A DNA stretch of 64,000 bases, taken from NCBI GenBank assembly GCA_020201335.1, contig JAIVGZ010000033.1, positions 29,329 to 93,328 of the forward strand. The letters run 5' to 3'. The position numbers and the translations under genes were made by a program. Below are positions 1 to 13,052 of this stretch, piece after piece. This DNA is from Natronospirales bacterium (GTDB lineage Bacteria > Pseudomonadota > Gammaproteobacteria > Natronospirales > JAIVGZ01). The number at the start of each line of letters is the position of its first letter. Positions within the stretch are counted from its first letter, which is position 1. The notes beneath the pieces were generated by a model that did not search any database, was not told the DNA's origin, and saw only the letters and a list, made by a program, of their open reading frames with translations.

Positions 1-217
1 CGCGGCGCTCGCCATAGCCGTCCGCCGGCTCGACGGTAACGCGCGACTTGAAGCCCGTTTTCGCGCCTTCGAGCGCGTTCTCGAGCCCGGGTACGATGTT
101 GCCGTGGCCGTGCAGGTAGCTGAGTGGTTCACCGCCCGTCGACGAATCCAGCACGTTGCCGTCGTCGGCGGTCAGGGTGTAATGCATCGAGACGATCTTG
201 TCGCGGGAAGCTTGCAT
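1..217 (-). CDS. slyD: FKBP-type peptidyl-prolyl isomerase SlyD, N-terminal part (3' end lies beyond the left edge)
   Basis: Own reverse-strand translation from ATG 217-215: MQASRDKIVSMHYTLTADDGNVLDSSTGGEPLSYLHGHGNIVPGLENALEGAKTGFKSRVTVEPADGYGERR. The YLHGHG..PGLE.ALEG core matches SlyD. Absent from the ORF track because there is no stop inside the window. Confidence 0.85.
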   Translation of the reverse strand, partial: MQASRDKIVSMHYTLTADDGNVLDSSTGGEPLSYLHGHGNIVPGLENALEGAKTGFKSRVTVEPADGYGERR

Positions 218-266
218 CGGGGTGCCTGTATAGAATGCGTGAACAGGGAATTGTACCCTCTCGTCC

Positions 267-1058
267 ATGAGCCAGAAACCCATCGAGCGCCTGCTCGGCA
301 TCATGGCGCGGCTGCGCGACCCGGAGCGCGGCTGCCCGTGGGACCGCGCGCAGGACTTCCGCTCAATCGTGCCGCACACGATTGAAGAAGCGTACGAAGT
401 CGCTGAGGCCGCCGAGCGCGACGAACTGGTTGCGATGCGCGACGAACTCGGCGACTTGCTGTTCCAGGTAGTGTTCCTCGCCCGACTCGCGGAAGAGCGC
501 GGCGCGTTCGACTTTGATGCCGTCGCGACTGCCATCGCGGACAAGCTTGAACGGCGCCATCCACACGTGTTCGGCGATGTGGCCTTCGGGTCGGCGGCCG
601 CGCAGACCGCTGCGTGGGAAACGCAGAAAGCCGATGAACGTGCGGACCGCGGGCTGGATGGCGCGCTGGACGGCGTGCCGGCGGCACTGCCCGCGCTGAC
701 GCGCGCGCTCAAACTCGGCAAACGCGCCGCTCGCGTCGGCTTCGACTGGCCGGCGCTCGCCGGTGCGCGCGAAAAAATCGATGAAGAGGTCGGCGAACTA
801 GACGAAGCGCTACAGCGCGGCGACGCCGCCGATATCGAACACGAAATCGGCGATGTGCTGACGGCGACGGCGAACCTCGCGCGGCACGCCGGTGTCGACC
901 CCGAACAGGCGCTGCGCGCTGCGAACCGGCGCTTCGAAGACCGGTTCCGCGAAGTCGAAGCCGCCGTCGCGCGCGATGAGCGCGCGCTTGGGGAGTTGAC
1001 GCTCGATGAGCTGGAACGGTACTGGCAGCAAGCGAAAAAGGCGCTGGAGCAGGATTAA
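267..1058 (+). CDS. mazG: Nucleoside triphosphate pyrophosphohydrolase MazG
   Basis: 263-aa ORF with two MazG half-domains: EEAYEVAEA...RHPHVF, then EEVGELDEA...GDVLTATANLARH. Confidence 0.9.
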   Translation: MSQKPIERLLGIMARLRDPERGCPWDRAQDFRSIVPHTIEEAYEVAEAAERDELVAMRDELGDLLFQVVFLARLAEERGAFDFDAVATAIADKLERRHPHVFGDVAFGSAAAQTAAWETQKADERADRGLDGALDGVPAALPALTRALKLGKRAARVGFDWPALAGAREKIDEEVGELDEALQRGDAADIEHEIGDVLTATANLARHAGVDPEQALRAANRRFEDRFREVEAAVARDERALGELTLDELERYWQQAKKALEQD

Positions 1059-1091
1059 GATCTCTCTGGTCGCGATGGCACATCGTCAAGG

Positions 1092-1140
1092 AATCGCGAA
1101 TCACAGATTCGCTCCCACAGGCCAGAGGGCCGCTCCTACA
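1092..1140 (-). repeat. Composite REP-like block (two head+hairpin units)
   Basis: Minus strand reads TGTAGGAGCGGCCCTCTGGC then CTGTGGGAGCGAATCTGTGATTCGCGATT. The hairpins are GGCC-CTCT-GGCC and GCGAATC-TGT-GATTCGC. Confidence 0.85.
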
Positions 1141-1262
1141 TTGAGTACCGCGTCCCGGCGCAAGCGCGAAGCGACTTATGGGTTTCAGCCGGCTCTGTAA
1201 AAGCCGGTGAACCCATAGGAGCGAGCGGTGCGGCGGGCGCGGTGCCACTTGAGACCTCTGCC

Positions 1263-1330
1263 ATCGCGGTGCGGAGCACCGCTCCCACAATCACAGATTC
1301 GCTCCCACAGGCCAGAGGGCCGCTCCCACA
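1263..1330 (-). repeat. Composite REP-like block (three stacked units, three hairpin types)
   Basis: Minus strand reads TGTGGGAGCGGCCCTCTGGC + CTGTGGGAGCGAATCTGTGAT (3' arm missing) + TGTGGGAGCGGTGCTCCGCACCGCGAT. Confidence 0.85.
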
Positions 1331-1337
1331 AACAAAT

Positions 1338-1940
1338 TCAGATGGCGTCCAACCGCCGGCACAGGTCGACCAGCATCGCTGCCGTCGCGCCCCACACCAG
1401 CCGGCCGTCGCACTGGTAGGCCCAGTACGACACCTCGACATCGCCGAACTGCCTGCGGCGGCGCTCACGCAGCGCCGGGTCTCTAAAGGTCGCCAGCGGA
1501 ATCTCAAACGCGTCTGCCACCTCAATTGGGTCCGGGCGCAGTACGAAGCCAGGGGTGACCAGGCCGAGCACCGGGGTGACCCTGAAATTCGTGACAGTCA
1601 TGTAAGGGGTCAGCGTGCCGACAATCTCGACCGAAGAAGGCTCGATGCCGACTTCCTCCCAGGTTTCGCGTAATGCAGCGTCGACTGGGCCGGAGTCAGC
1701 AGGTTCGATGCGACCACCAGGAAAGCTGATCTGTCCGGCGTGGTAGGCCAGCGCCGTTGCCCGTAACGTCAGCAGGACGGTTGGCCCGGCCGGATGCGCG
1801 ATGACCGGGATCAGCACGGCCGCGGCCTGCTTGGGGCGTGTCGGCTGCAGTCGCTGCAAGCCGGGTGGAAGGTCGCCATGCGCCGCCACTTCGGCGCGTA
1901 CCGCGGCCGTGAGAAGTTCGCGCAACGCGTTCAGTTGCAT
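1338..1940 (-). CDS. nudL: CoA pyrophosphatase, NUDIX family
   Basis: 200-aa ORF. It has the NUDIX box GGRIEPADSGPVDAALRETWEEVG, preceded by the CoA-type motif LLTLRATALAYHAGQISFPGG. Confidence 0.8.
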   Translation of the reverse strand: MQLNALRELLTAAVRAEVAAHGDLPPGLQRLQPTRPKQAAAVLIPVIAHPAGPTVLLTLRATALAYHAGQISFPGGRIEPADSGPVDAALRETWEEVGIEPSSVEIVGTLTPYMTVTNFRVTPVLGLVTPGFVLRPDPIEVADAFEIPLATFRDPALRERRRRQFGDVEVSYWAYQCDGRLVWGATAAMLVDLCRRLDAI

Positions 1941-1942
1941 CG

Positions 1943-1970
1943 GTCGCGAATCACAGATTCGCTCCCACAG
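1943..1970 (-). repeat. REP-like element (GCGAATC-TGT-GATTCGC type)
   Basis: Minus strand reads CTGTGGGAGCGAATCTGTGATTCGCGAC, ending 2 nt before the nudL ATG. Confidence 0.85.
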
Positions 1971-2031
1971 TCATTTCTTGTTATCTCTCATAACCTACAT
2001 ATAATCATGTCTTTAAGAGACTTTTATGATG

Positions 2032-3420
2032 TTATTTCTTGATACCGCCACGCGTCAAATCCGCCGGGTCAAGCAAGCGTGCCAGGTCCGCATCGCTGAG
2101 ATCCGTCATCTCCTTCGCGACGTCGCGCACCGGCCGCCCTTCCGCGTACGCTCGCTTTGCGATTTTCGCACCGAGTTCGTATCCGATGACCGAGTTCAGC
2201 GCGGTCACGAGTATCGGGTTACGGTCGAGCGCCTCGCTCACCCGGTCCTCGTTGATGGTGAAACCCGCGATTGCTGAGTCCGCGAGTGCGCGCGCGCCGG
2301 TTCCCAATATTTCGATGCTCTGCAGCAAGTTGTACGCGATGACCGGCAGCATCACATTCAGCTGGAAATTACCCGCCTGACCGCCAACGGTGACCGTCGC
2401 GTCGTTGCCGATCACCTGCGCGCCGATCATCGCCACCGCCTCGGGTACGACCGGGTTCACCTTGCCGGGCATGATCGACGAGCCCGGCTGCAACGCGGGC
2501 AGGCTGATTTCAGCAAGGCCCGCGAGCGGCCCGGAGTTCATCCAGCGCAGGTCGTTCGCGATTTTAATCAGCGACACCGCCACCACTTTCAACTGTCCGG
2601 ACAATTCGACCGCGGTGTCCTGGGTCGCCAGCGCTTCGAACCGGTTCGCCGCAGGCTTGAACCCAATTCCCGTCTGCGCCGCCAGCCGCTTCGCGAACGC
2701 GGCGGCGAAGTCCGGATGTGCGTTGATGCCGGTGCCGACCGCAGTACCCCCTTGCGCGAGGCCGTGCAGGCGCGGCGCAACAGCCTCCAAGCGTGCGCTG
2801 CCGGCACGGACCTGGGCGGCCCAGCCACCGAGCTCCTGACCGAAGGTGACCGGCATGGCATCCATCAAGTGCGTGCGACCTGTCTTCACGACGCCGTCGA
2901 GCTCCCGTGCGCGCTTCTCAATTGCGGACGCGAGGTGTTCGAGCGCAGGCAGCAGGTGCTTCGTTACGCGCAACGCGGCGCTGACGTGTATTGCCGTCGG
3001 GATAACGTCGTTGCTGGACTGGCCCATGTTCACGTGGTCGTTCGGATGGACCGCGCTGCCGAGCGTGCGCGTCGCGAGGTTGCCGATGACCTCGTTCGCG
3101 TTCATGTTCGTACTGGTGCCGGAGCCCGTCTGGAACACGTCAATCGGGAAGTGTGCGTCGTGTGATCCATCAGCGACTTCCCGCGCAGCGGCCACGATTG
3201 CGTCGGCGGTCGCCGCGTCGAGCAGGCCAAGCTCGCGATTCGCCTCCGCCGCCGCGGCCTTGATCAGCCCGAGCGCCTCGATGAAAGCGCGCGGCATTGC
3301 GAGCCCGCTGAGCGGGAAATTCTGCACGGCGCGCTGCGTTTGCGCGCCCCATAGGGCATCCATGGGCACGTCCAGGTCGCCGAAGCTGTCACGCTCAGTA
3401 CGGAAATGCTGCTTGCTCAT
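2032..3420 (-). CDS. fumC: Fumarate hydratase class II
   Basis: GSSIMPGKVNP signature plus the full-length fumarase/aspartase pattern. I chose the start at MSKQHF (ATG 3420) because CTCCT (GGAG on the coding strand) lies 6 nt upstream. This gives 462 aa, close to E. coli FumC. Confidence 0.95.
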   Translation of the reverse strand: MSKQHFRTERDSFGDLDVPMDALWGAQTQRAVQNFPLSGLAMPRAFIEALGLIKAAAAEANRELGLLDAATADAIVAAAREVADGSHDAHFPIDVFQTGSGTSTNMNANEVIGNLATRTLGSAVHPNDHVNMGQSSNDVIPTAIHVSAALRVTKHLLPALEHLASAIEKRARELDGVVKTGRTHLMDAMPVTFGQELGGWAAQVRAGSARLEAVAPRLHGLAQGGTAVGTGINAHPDFAAAFAKRLAAQTGIGFKPAANRFEALATQDTAVELSGQLKVVAVSLIKIANDLRWMNSGPLAGLAEISLPALQPGSSIMPGKVNPVVPEAVAMIGAQVIGNDATVTVGGQAGNFQLNVMLPVIAYNLLQSIEILGTGARALADSAIAGFTINEDRVSEALDRNPILVTALNSVIGYELGAKIAKRAYAEGRPVRDVAKEMTDLSDADLARLLDPADLTRGGIKK

Positions 3421-3434
3421 GGAATCTCCTATAA

Positions 3435-4838
<1,404 letters not shown>

Positions 4839-4839
4839 C

Positions 4840-5961
4840 GTGCCTGCGCCGCTCGGCGCGCTGACGCCCGCAGCGTTCCTCCATGATTATTGGCAGAAGC
4901 GGCCGCTGCTCGTCCGAGGGGCGTTCCCTGGATTTGGATCCGCGCTCGACGGCGACGAACTCGCCGACCTCGCGTGCGACGCGGATGTCGAGAGCCGCAT
5001 CGTCAGCCGTGCCGATGGCCGCTATGAGACGCGTATCGGGCCGTTCTCCTCCGAAGATTTCGGCGCCCTCGGCGACCGCGACTGGACGCTGCTCGTACAA
5101 GATGTCGACAAGCAGGTGCCGGAGCTCGTCACCGTACTCGACCAGTTCACGTTCCTGCCCGCCTGGCGCATCGACGACCTGATGGTGTCGTGGGCAGCTG
5201 ACGGCGGCTCCGTCGGTCCGCACGTAGATCAGTACGATGTATTCCTATTGCAGGGTTCCGGAACCCGCCGCTGGCAAGTCGGCACGCTCGATGCGTCCGG
5301 CTTCGTCGCAACCGACGAATGGTTGCTGCAACCCGGCGACATGCTGTACCTGCCGCCCGGGCTGCCGCACTGGGGCGTAGCTGTTGGCCCGTGTATGACA
5401 TGGTCTATCGGGTTGCGCGCGCCTTCCGCCGCCGAATTGGTTTCCGATTTCTGCGAACGGGCATCGGCACCGCTCACGGACGCAGAGCGTTATTCGGACC
5501 CTGACCTCACGGCAGACGAAGGCGGCGACGGACGGCTGTCGGAAGCGGCGCTGGCACGCGCGCGCGCGCTGCTCGACGCGACGCTGGCAGCCACGCACGC
5601 CGACTTGCCGCGATGGTTTGGCGAACTCGTGACCGCACCGAAGGCCTGGCTGCACCCGGTACCGCCTGACACCCTGCTCGACCGCGAAGCGCTTGCGGCG
5701 TGCGCCGACACGCAGCGCTTGGTGCGCGACCCTCGCACCCGTATCGCCTGGTTCCCGATGCCCGACGGCACGCTCCGCGTCTGCGTCGACGGCCACTCGG
5801 AAGTCGTGCCTGCGGCGCTTGAGCCCCTGGTGCGGCGGCTGTGCGGGCCGCGTGAGTTTCCAGCGGGTACGCTGACGCGTTATCTTGACGACGACGGTGC
5901 GGCCGCGCTGGTGCTGCGGCTATACAACGGCGGACAGCTGACGGAGGCCGATGATGATTGA
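4840..5961 (+). CDS. roxA: Cupin-4/JmjC ribosomal protein L16 arginine hydroxylase (YcfD/RoxA-like)
   Basis: FLHDYWQKRPLLVRG...WRIDDLMVSWAADGGSVGPHVDQYDVFLLQGSGTRRWQVG aligns with E. coli YcfD as I remember it. A GTG at 4840, just after the purB stop, gives 373 aa. The ATG at 4801 would overlap purB. Confidence 0.8.
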   Translation: MPAPLGALTPAAFLHDYWQKRPLLVRGAFPGFGSALDGDELADLACDADVESRIVSRADGRYETRIGPFSSEDFGALGDRDWTLLVQDVDKQVPELVTVLDQFTFLPAWRIDDLMVSWAADGGSVGPHVDQYDVFLLQGSGTRRWQVGTLDASGFVATDEWLLQPGDMLYLPPGLPHWGVAVGPCMTWSIGLRAPSAAELVSDFCERASAPLTDAERYSDPDLTADEGGDGRLSEAALARARALLDATLAATHADLPRWFGELVTAPKAWLHPVPPDTLLDREALAACADTQRLVRDPRTRIAWFPMPDGTLRVCVDGHSEVVPAALEPLVRRLCGPREFPAGTLTRYLDDDGAAALVLRLYNGGQLTEADDD

Positions 5962-6394
5962 AGCGGACGCGTTCGAAGTACGCATCGCGCGCTGGCCCGA
6001 AGACAGCCTCGCAATCCGGGAGGTGCGCGAAGCGGTGTTCGTCGTCGAGCAACGCGTCGCGGCCAAGCTCGAATGGGATGGCCTCGACGAAGAGTGCACG
6101 CACGCGTTGGCGCTGACCGCCGATGGTATACCGGTCGGTACCGGTCGCCTCGCGCCAGACGGCAAGATCGGGCGGATGGCGGTACTCCGCGAATACCGCG
6201 GCCGGGGCATCGGCGAAGCAATCCTCAAGTGCCTGTTGGACGTCGTGCGCGACCGCAACCTGCCCCGCTGCTACCTGCACAGCCAGACCCACGCACTCGG
6301 CTTCTACACGCGCCACGGTTTCGTCGCGCATGGCCCTGAGTTCGACGAGGCCGACATCCCGCACCGGGAGATGGTGCTGGAGGCAGACGCATGA
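5951..6394 (+). CDS. GNAT family N-acetyltransferase
   Basis: 147 aa. The acetyl-CoA binding motif is RMAVLREYRGRGIGEAIL (the Q/RxxGxG/A pattern). Confidence 0.8.
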   Translation: MMIEADAFEVRIARWPEDSLAIREVREAVFVVEQRVAAKLEWDGLDEECTHALALTADGIPVGTGRLAPDGKIGRMAVLREYRGRGIGEAILKCLLDVVRDRNLPRCYLHSQTHALGFYTRHGFVAHGPEFDEADIPHREMVLEADA

Positions 6395-6873
6395 GCGACA
6401 ACCGCCGCGAGTTGGAAAGCTGGACGGACAATCAGGTGGCTGCGGTAGAAGTCGGCACGGCCGCGCGGCGTGCATTGCGCCTGCTGAGTTACGACCTTGA
6501 ACCGCAGATTTACGGCGAGCAAGATTTCATCGACGTGGTGCGGAGCGTCGCGACCTCCGGCCGCTTCGCCAGCGTACGCGTGCTGGTGCAGGACTCCGCG
6601 CGCGCAGTGCGCGACGGCCACCGACTCGTCGAACTGGCCCGTCGCCTGCCGACCTTCATCGAGTTGCGCAAACCCCATTCTGACCACCGCAGCCTGATCG
6701 AAGCGTATCTGGTCGCTGACGAACGGGCGCTGCTCTACCGCAAGCAAGCCGACCGTTATGAAGGCTTTGTGGATGTCGACGACCCGCTGCAGGCTCGCCG
6801 ACTCGTCCGTGAGTTCGACCAGGTGTGGGGCCGCGCCACCCCGGACCCGGAACTGCGCCGCCTCGGCCTTTGA
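6391..6873 (+). CDS. Hypothetical protein (no family recognised)
   Basis: 160-aa ORF with host-like composition. It overlaps the GNAT stop by 4 nt and the NUDIX start by 1 nt. Confidence 0.5.
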   Translation: MSDNRRELESWTDNQVAAVEVGTAARRALRLLSYDLEPQIYGEQDFIDVVRSVATSGRFASVRVLVQDSARAVRDGHRLVELARRLPTFIELRKPHSDHRSLIEAYLVADERALLYRKQADRYEGFVDVDDPLQARRLVREFDQVWGRATPDPELRRLGL

Positions 6874-7325
6874 TGCGCGGCTTTCGGCCGCACCTGACAG
6901 TCGCTGCAGTCATCGAGCGCGGCGGACGCTTCCTGCTGGTCGAAGAGCATGTCGGCGGGCAACGTGTATTCAACCAACCCGCCGGCCACGTCGAGGACGG
7001 CGAGACGCTGCTCGACGCGGTGCGCCGTGAAACGCACGAGGAGACCGGCTGGGCGTTCGAGCCGACGCTGCTGCTCGGCGTTTACCGGTGGTTTAACCCT
7101 GAGAACGGTGAAACCTTCATCCGCTTCGCCTTCCGCGGCGAACTCGGCCAGCAGCTCGCGCCTGGCCCCGTGGACCCGGCAATTGTCGCCGCAGACTGGC
7201 ATGGCGACGAAGCGGTCCACGACGGCACACTGCCCCTGCGCAGCCCGCTGGTACGGCGTTGCATCGTGGATTATCGAGCCGGTTGCGGGTATCCCCTGAC
7301 GGCCCTCGTCGACCTGTCCGGTTAG
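6873..7325 (+). CDS. NUDIX hydrolase (NudJ-like, upstream of mnmA)
   Basis: NUDIX box GHVEDGETLLDAVRRETHEETGW. The start at MRGFRPHLTVAAVI is an ATG overlapping the upstream TGA. The position upstream of mnmA-hflD matches nudJ in E. coli. Confidence 0.8.
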   Translation: MRGFRPHLTVAAVIERGGRFLLVEEHVGGQRVFNQPAGHVEDGETLLDAVRRETHEETGWAFEPTLLLGVYRWFNPENGETFIRFAFRGELGQQLAPGPVDPAIVAADWHGDEAVHDGTLPLRSPLVRRCIVDYRAGCGYPLTALVDLSG

Positions 7326-7334
7326 AATCACACC

Positions 7335-8411
7335 ATGTCCAAGCCACTCACAATCGTCGGCATGTCCGGCGGCGTCGATTCGTCGGTTGCCGCATGGCTG
7401 CTGCGCCGCCAGGGCGAGCGCGTCGAAGGCTTGTTCATGGACAACTGGGCAGACAACGATTCGTATTGCACGGCCGCCGAGGATTTTCAGGACGCGCGGC
7501 GCGTGTGCGAGGAGCTGGAAATTCCTCTGCACCGTGCGAACTTCGCCGACGAATACCGCGACCGCGTGTTCGCGCATTTCCTTGACGAATACCGCGCCGG
7601 CCGCACGCCGAACCCCGATGTACTGTGCAACCGCGAGATCAAGTTCGGTGCGCTGCTCGATTACGCGCGGCGGCTCGGCGCGGATACCGTCGCTACCGGC
7701 CATTACGCGCGCATCGCGACCAACGGCACGGCGCGTCTGCTGAAAGGCCGAGACCGCGCGAAAGACCAGAGCTACTTCCTGCACCAGGTCCCTGAGGCGG
7801 CGCTACGCAGCGCAGCGTTCCCGGTTGGTGAACTGGCAAAGGACGAAGTACGCGACATCGCAAAGAGCGCCGGCTTCGAGAACCATTCGAAAAAGGACTC
7901 GACCGGCATTTGCTTCATCGGCGAACGGCCGTTCCGCGAATTCCTCGCGCGCTATCTGCCAGCGCAGCCCGGCGACATCGTCGCTGACGACGGCACGCTG
8001 CTCGGCCAGCACAATGGGCTGATGTATTACACCCTCGGCCAGCGCTCCGGGCTCGGCATCGGGGGCGTCGATGGCCGCGCCGAAGCGCCGTGGTTCGTCG
8101 TCGGCAAGGATCTGCCGCGCAACCGCCTCATAGTTGGCCAAGGGCACGACCACCCTGCGCTGCTGTCGTCGACGCTCGTTGCATGCGCTTTGCACTGGAT
8201 CGGCACGCCGCCGCCTGCTGGAAAACGCTGCACAGCGAAAATCCGATATCGGCAGGCCGACCAGCCGTGCACGCTGATCGAGGTCAACCACGAGCGGCTC
8301 GTCGTCACATTCGATACGCCGCAACGCGCGGTAACGCCCGGTCAGTATGTAGTCGTGTATGACGGCGACCAGTGCCTCGGCGGCGGCGTGATTCTGGAGC
8401 GACGCCCATGA
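7335..8411 (+). CDS. mnmA: tRNA 2-thiouridine(34) synthase
   Basis: P-loop [30 protein letters not shown], and the full-length MnmA pattern. Confidence 0.95.
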   Translation: MSKPLTIVGMSGGVDSSVAAWLLRRQGERVEGLFMDNWADNDSYCTAAEDFQDARRVCEELEIPLHRANFADEYRDRVFAHFLDEYRAGRTPNPDVLCNREIKFGALLDYARRLGADTVATGHYARIATNGTARLLKGRDRAKDQSYFLHQVPEAALRSAAFPVGELAKDEVRDIAKSAGFENHSKKDSTGICFIGERPFREFLARYLPAQPGDIVADDGTLLGQHNGLMYYTLGQRSGLGIGGVDGRAEAPWFVVGKDLPRNRLIVGQGHDHPALLSSTLVACALHWIGTPPPAGKRCTAKIRYRQADQPCTLIEVNHERLVVTFDTPQRAVTPGQYVVVYDGDQCLGGGVILERRP

Positions 8412-9022
8412 GCCCGCGGGAAGAGCGCGCGCTGGCGCTTGCCGGCGTGTTTCAGGCGGCGGCGCTCGTGCATGAAGCCGCCTGGCAAGGAAAGACCGAC
8501 GACGGCGCGGCAGAAGCGAGTCTCGGCAGCCTGTTCCATTTTGATGCGCCGGATACGGCGTCCGTGTTTGGCGGCGCGCGCGGCGTTGGGCTGGGGCTGC
8601 GCACGATGGTCGCGCACCTGACGGGGCGGGCGCAGCCGGGTGAAATTCCAGTCATGCGTTACACGCTCGCGCTGATGCACCTCGAGCGGAAAGCAGATGC
8701 GCGCGGCGGTGTGTGGGAGGCCCTGCATGCCGGGCTGCGCGCCGCCGAGCGTCAACGCGACGGTTTCGGGCTGATGCACGAGAACACGGTCGCGGCGCTG
8801 GCGGGTCTTTACGCCGACCACGTCAGCCCGGCCGGCGCCCGCATCATGGTCGAAGGCGAGACCACGCACCTGCGCGACGCGCGCAAGGCCGCGCTGATCC
8901 GGGCGCTACTGCTCGCGGGCATCCGCGCGTCGGTGCTTTGGCGCCAGCTCGGCGCAACGCGTTGGTCGCTCCTGTTCAGCCGCAAGCGGCTGATCGACGA
9001 CGCCGAGCAGTGGCTGGCCTGA
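8408..9022 (+). CDS. hflD: High frequency of lysogenization protein HflD
   Basis: Contains [21 protein letters not shown] and sits after mnmA. The start at MSPREE makes an ATGA overlap with the mnmA stop. 204 aa. Confidence 0.8.
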   Translation: MSPREERALALAGVFQAAALVHEAAWQGKTDDGAAEASLGSLFHFDAPDTASVFGGARGVGLGLRTMVAHLTGRAQPGEIPVMRYTLALMHLERKADARGGVWEALHAGLRAAERQRDGFGLMHENTVAALAGLYADHVSPAGARIMVEGETTHLRDARKAALIRALLLAGIRASVLWRQLGATRWSLLFSRKRLIDDAEQWLA

Positions 9023-9023
9023 C

Positions 9024-9040
9024 GTAGGAGCGGTGCCGCC
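9024..9040 (+). repeat. Degenerate REP-like remnant
   Basis: GTAGGAGCGGTGCCGCC has the head plus the left arm of the GCGGTGC-TCC-GCACCGC type. The right arm is lost. Confidence 0.5.
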
Positions 9041-9043
9041 CCA

Positions 9044-9051
9044 TGTATAAT
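9044..9051 (+). promoter_or_regulatory. Possible extended -10 promoter element for acnA
   Basis: TGTATAAT (TGnTATAAT consensus) lies 36 nt upstream of the acnA ATG. I saw no good -35. Confidence 0.3.
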
Positions 9052-9086
9052 CAGCTTTTTTGCACCTTTTCCTACCGGAGCCTCCC

Positions 9087-11825
<2,739 letters not shown>

Positions 11826-11836
11826 GCTTAGATGAC

Positions 11837-12133
11837 CTACCCCCCGTGGCCGTGGGCGATCGGCCCGTCTGTGAACAGGCGCTCCTTCAGTTCTTTCGAG
11901 AAGAGGGGGTCCTTGCGGCGGATCCACTCAAGCACCATCACGGCGTGCTCCTTCTCCTCGTCCCGGTTGTGCTTCAGGATCTCGCGCAGCTCGGGGTCGG
12001 TGCAGGCGTCGGCCCGTTGCTGGTACCAGTCGACGGCCTCCAGTTCCTCCATCAGAGACAGGATCGCGCGATGCATGTCGCGCGTTTCGTCCGATAGATG
12101 CTCGTAGGGTTCGTGGTAGCCTTCATTCGCCAT
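11837..12133 (-). CDS. Encapsulated-ferritin-like protein (EncFtn family), no shell gene adjacent
   Basis: MEELEAVDWYQQRADA and HNRDEEKEHAVMVLEWIRR match the EncFtn di-iron motifs of the R. rubrum and H. ochraceum proteins as I remember them. 98 aa, ending GPIAHGHGG. Confidence 0.8.
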   Translation of the reverse strand: MANEGYHEPYEHLSDETRDMHRAILSLMEELEAVDWYQQRADACTDPELREILKHNRDEEKEHAVMVLEWIRRKDPLFSKELKERLFTDGPIAHGHGG

Positions 12134-12183
12134 GCCGCACTCCTTCCAATAAGATAGAACCAGTCTAAACCGGAGGATTCACC

Positions 12184-13002
12184 ATGTCGACGCTGCGCGG
12201 GAAAACCATATTCATCTCCGGCGGCAGCCGCGGAATCGGTCGCTCGATAGCGTTGCGTGCCGCCGCAGACGGCGCGAATGTCGTGATCGCGGCCAAGACT
12301 ACCGAGCCACACCCCAAACTTCCTGGGACCATCTTCTCGGTTGCTGACGAAATAAAGGCAGCCGGTGGAACCCCACTACCCCTCGAAGTCGACATCCGCG
12401 ATGAAGCGGCCGTCCGCGACGCGGCAGAGCGTACCGCCGCGACTTTCGGCGGCATCGACATCGTCGTGAACAATGCGAGCGCGATCAACCTGACGCCGGT
12501 TGCTGACACGCCGATGCGCCGTTACGACTTGATGATGGGCGTCAACGCGCGCGGCACCTTCGCGGTCACACAGGCCTGCCTGCCGTGGCTGAAGAAGTCA
12601 GACAACCCGCATGTTCTTGTGCTGTCGCCGCCAATCAACCTCGACCCGAAATGGTTCGCGCGGCACACCGCGTACACAATGTCGAAGTACGGGATGAGCA
12701 TGTGCGTGATCGGCATGGCTGCCGAGTTTGCCGCGGACGGCATCGCAGTCAACGCGCTTTGGCCACGCACAGTCATCGCGACCGCGGCGCTTGCGATGCT
12801 CGGCGGGCTTGTGAACCCCGACAATTGCCGCAAACCGGAGATCATGGCTGATGCCGCGCACGCAGTATTGACGCGTGTTAGCCGCGACCACACCGGCAAG
12901 TTCTACATCGACGACGAAGTGCTGAAGGAAGCCGGTGTCACCGACTTCTCGAAATACGCGGTCAAGCCGGGCGCACCGCTCGCCCCCGACCTGTTCCTCT
13001 AA
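12184..13002 (+). CDS. SDR family oxidoreductase
   Basis: Contains ISGGSRGIG, NNAS, and YTMSKYG (the YxxxK pattern). Confidence 0.85.
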   Translation: MSTLRGKTIFISGGSRGIGRSIALRAAADGANVVIAAKTTEPHPKLPGTIFSVADEIKAAGGTPLPLEVDIRDEAAVRDAAERTAATFGGIDIVVNNASAINLTPVADTPMRRYDLMMGVNARGTFAVTQACLPWLKKSDNPHVLVLSPPINLDPKWFARHTAYTMSKYGMSMCVIGMAAEFAADGIAVNALWPRTVIATAALAMLGGLVNPDNCRKPEIMADAAHAVLTRVSRDHTGKFYIDDEVLKEAGVTDFSKYAVKPGAPLAPDLFL

Positions 13003-13052
13003 AAGGGCGGTAGCGCACAGAGCGCGCAATCGGGAAGCGCCATCATTGATGC

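Noticed and set aside
5507-6475. 322-aa antisense ORF over roxA and the GNAT gene. Similar long shadows exist at 15114-16205, 20686-21762, 42564-43535, 45104-46147, 48049-48894, 51400-52623 and 6756-7784.
   Set aside because: All lie opposite or out of frame to strongly recognisable genes. They have Arg/Pro/Ala-biased low-information sequences and no motifs.
11837-12133. Complete encapsulin nanocompartment operon
   Set aside because: No HK97-fold shell gene can fit. The gene is bounded by the acnA stop 11 nt downstream and a divergent SDR upstream.
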